A stretch of DNA of 27,988 nt, from contig CAYHJZ010000001.1 in the NCBI GenBank assembly GCA_964357115.1, positions 1 to 27,988 on the forward strand, in the 5' to 3' direction. The position numbers and the translations under genes were made by a program. This document shows positions 25,859-27,988 of the stretch, in pieces. Every line of letters starts with the position of its first letter. Positions within the stretch are counted from its first letter, which is position 1. The notes under the pieces are model-generated. The model was given only the letters and a program-made list of their open reading frames with translations, did no database searches and had not been told where the DNA came from. Origin of the DNA: an uncultured archaeon (lineage in GTDB: Archaea > Iainarchaeota > Iainarchaeia > Iainarchaeales > VGJJ01).

Positions 25859-26362
25859 CTAAATCGTCCCCGCGACGAGTTTTCCAAAGGAGATTAGACA
25901 ATACTCCGAACACGTGTCGGGGGCATTCGTGGAAAGAAAATTCGTGGTTTGGCACTGCATGTACACGTTTCCCACCGTCGTGGAGGTGACGATCACGAAT
26001 GGATTATCGGGGTCGTCGTCATTCAGAGTAAACCCTGCCGAGGTTTCCGCATCCAGGGAAATGCACGCCTCATCTAACCCTGCGCGTTGAGCGAATTGGC
26101 GCTGGCCGAAGCGCGAGTCTTTTGTAAAATACAACTCTTTCGCCAACACGACTCTCCCATTCGGCGCGTCGGCGGCGCTCTTCCACGAAGAGTAAATCGT
26201 GTCTAAACTCACTTTTTCACGCAGTTTGTCAAAGTACGAAATAGCCGAGACGATAATCACGAGAATGGCAAGGGAGATTACCATTGCGATGAGGACGCGG
26301 TAGGCTTCGAACGCTTGGCCTTTTTGATTCATTCGGGGAAATTTTCTCATCATCTTCACCAT
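25859..26362 (-). CDS. Class III signal peptide pilin-like protein
   Basis: QKGQ|AFEAYRVLIAMVISLAILVIIV; four Cys; resembles 23061..23567. Exact start uncertain. Confidence 0.85.
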   Translation of the reverse strand: MVKMMRKFPRMNQKGQAFEAYRVLIAMVISLAILVIIVSAISYFDKLREKVSLDTIYSSWKSAADAPNGRVVLAKELYFTKDSRFGQRQFAQRAGLDEACISLDAETSAGFTLNDDDPDNPFVIVTSTTVGNVYMQCQTTNFLSTNAPDTCSEYCLISFGKLVAGTI

Positions 26363-26438
26363 TCCATACTGTTCTTTTTCTTTGCTTTTTTTTCAATTTC
26401 TTTCTTCTTCATTTTCTAGTTTTGCTTTCTTTCTTTCT

Positions 26439-27988
26439 TCACCCAAAGTTTCCTGCAATGAGCGAATTGGAAATAATCACGGTAGCGACGAATAAAATAA
26501 TGGCAATCGGCAAACTCTTCGCGGCATTCTGCTTCGCCGTAATCGTGTTGTTCTCCTCAATCAGCGTAACGAAGTAGTTCATGACAATGACGAGTTCAAT
26601 TACGTAAATGGCTACAATCAACAAGAATTCTCCCGGCGTGGCGAGCGTGCTAATCACATCGGCTTTGATGAACGAACCCACATCCCCGCCCCCAAAGCTT
26701 CCTACGCCCGGCAAACTACCCAAATTAGGGTCAGCAGTCTGGTTTCCCGCACTCGAAGAGCTGACGCTGACCAGCGTGACGATGACAATGCGCTGCAAGC
26801 TCGTCGTAATGCCTAAAACAATCGGTGCAATGTACACGGAAACCGTCTTCATGGTGCCGGTGATTTCCTTAATCAGGATCGTGAGCATCTTACTCACGCG
26901 CTCGGCGTTTCCAATTTGTCTCGACAACGAAATGAGCGTGCGCGCCGCAACCCCGACACCTAACTTTACGGAATCGATGACAATTTTCATGGAGCTGTTA
27001 ATAATTTGCGAAGGATTGTTGCGCAAGCTCCCGTACGCAGGATCAAACACCGCGGTTTCGAGTGGCATGCCGAGCACGGAAATATTATCCACCGTCTTGC
27101 CAAACACTTCCTGCGAAACAATGTTGTTGGGTAAAAATTCTTGGACGTGACGCAGGGCATCTTCAATCGGCTTGTTCTCTCCTAAACGAGAGGCGAGCAC
27201 GTACAAGCTGTCCTTGAATTCAGATTCCATCTGCATGTATTTCTGCTGAATCTTTCGCTTCTCCTTGTAGGATAAATCAATAAACGTCGAAAACGCAAGA
27301 CTCAAAGAAATGAGCATGCCAAAAACAAAATTGTAGGGAGTGACATCGTTGTCGGCTTGGGCAAAAAACTGGGTGCGCTCATTGGCTACGAGCACCGTCG
27401 CCTCTTCGAGCGACAACCCTTGAGAAATCAGCTGGGTCTCCCGCGTCCCATTGGGTTCAAACCAATCTAAGGGCTTGCGATCCGCTTCCAATACACCCTC
27501 GAGCGTCTTGTCGGGGGCAATCAAATAAAACGATCCCGGCGCATCCGGCTCGCCTAAACCTAATCCTGCGAAGTGCAAATAGGTACTCGCGAGTCCTCCC
27601 ACAATCACAATTCCCGCCACCACGACCCAAATACTCATGTAGCCCTTGCCGGAACGCATCATATTCTTGGGAGGTAATCCCGGAAAACCATCCGGAATGT
27701 CAGGAGGCGTGTACGTGGGCGGGCGTGACTGAACGAGTTTTCGCCCAAACCAAATCACCATGAGGGGGAGCAGGATATCATACACGAGGAACAACACCCA
27801 CGTCTGCGCGAGAGGGGAGCCGGAGAACGCGCTCCCGACGGGGAGAATAATAATGAGAATCAGGGGGAGCAGCACTCCCACGTAGAAGAGCGTGTGGCTC
27901 GGTTGCGAGAGGTCGCGCGCGTAGTGTGCCATCTTTCCCTGAACGGACTCTAAAACTTCATCCATCGTCTTGTCGAGGAGCTGGTAGC
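26439..27988 (-). CDS. TadC/type II secretion F-like pilus platform membrane protein (5'-truncated by window edge)
   Basis: Frame is open to the window end (YQLLDKTMDEVL...). Multi-TM with MESEFKDSLYVLASRLGENKPIEDAL and ...IAPIVLGI T2SSF-like helices; lies upstream of pilins. Confidence 0.8.
   Translation of the reverse strand, partial: YQLLDKTMDEVLESVQGKMAHYARDLSQPSHTLFYVGVLLPLILIIILPVGSAFSGSPLAQTWVLFLVYDILLPLMVIWFGRKLVQSRPPTYTPPDIPDGFPGLPPKNMMRSGKGYMSIWVVVAGIVIVGGLASTYLHFAGLGLGEPDAPGSFYLIAPDKTLEGVLEADRKPLDWFEPNGTRETQLISQGLSLEEATVLVANERTQFFAQADNDVTPYNFVFGMLISLSLAFSTFIDLSYKEKRKIQQKYMQMESEFKDSLYVLASRLGENKPIEDALRHVQEFLPNNIVSQEVFGKTVDNISVLGMPLETAVFDPAYGSLRNNPSQIINSSMKIVIDSVKLGVGVAARTLISLSRQIGNAERVSKMLTILIKEITGTMKTVSVYIAPIVLGITTSLQRIVIVTLVSVSSSSAGNQTADPNLGSLPGVGSFGGGDVGSFIKADVISTLATPGEFLLIVAIYVIELVIVMNYFVTLIEENNTITAKQNAAKSLPIAIILFVATVIISNSLIAGNFG

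Noticed and set aside
26363-26438. Purine-rich minus-strand spacer encoding MKKEIEKKAKKKNSMEW* out of frame with the pilin; possible slippage/phase-variation site
   Set aside because: The pilin has adequate in-frame starts before its KGQ site, so no frameshift is required. Low-complexity A-rich spacers are common here.

Overview
Archaeal DNA, most likely a DPANN lineage (Iainarchaeota/Diapherotrites-like; the lineage call is inference). Evidence: gatD, archaeal class III signal-peptide pilins with a TadC-like platform protein, TATA-box promoters, a tRNA-Asp without encoded CCA, and many ORFans. Left end (1-6853): a co-oriented surface-protein locus made of an integrin/FG-GAP-like repeat protein with a C-terminal Cys-containing domain, two paralogous membrane-anchored proteins, a secreted single-domain paralog of that C-terminal domain, and a large TM-anchored Ig-like protein. 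This layout suggests an undescribed adhesin/fimbrial system. Middle: housekeeping, redox and bacterial-type genes (PadR with a predicted operator pair, stand-alone receiver domain, DipZ-like thioredoxin, gatD, 2H phosphoesterase, IscA/ErpA, BCP, YdeI, M29-like peptidase). It also holds a sigma-70-like protein with both region 2 and region 4 and a 52-aa SWIB-like ORF that the ORF track missed. Right end (22826-27988): a type IV pilus-type operon interrupted by a tandem array of four divergent GNAT-like domains in three genes, ending in a missed mini-pilin that converges on a DUF4258/DUF2283 toxin-antitoxin pair. All family assignments are from motif recognition by eye; no database searches were run.
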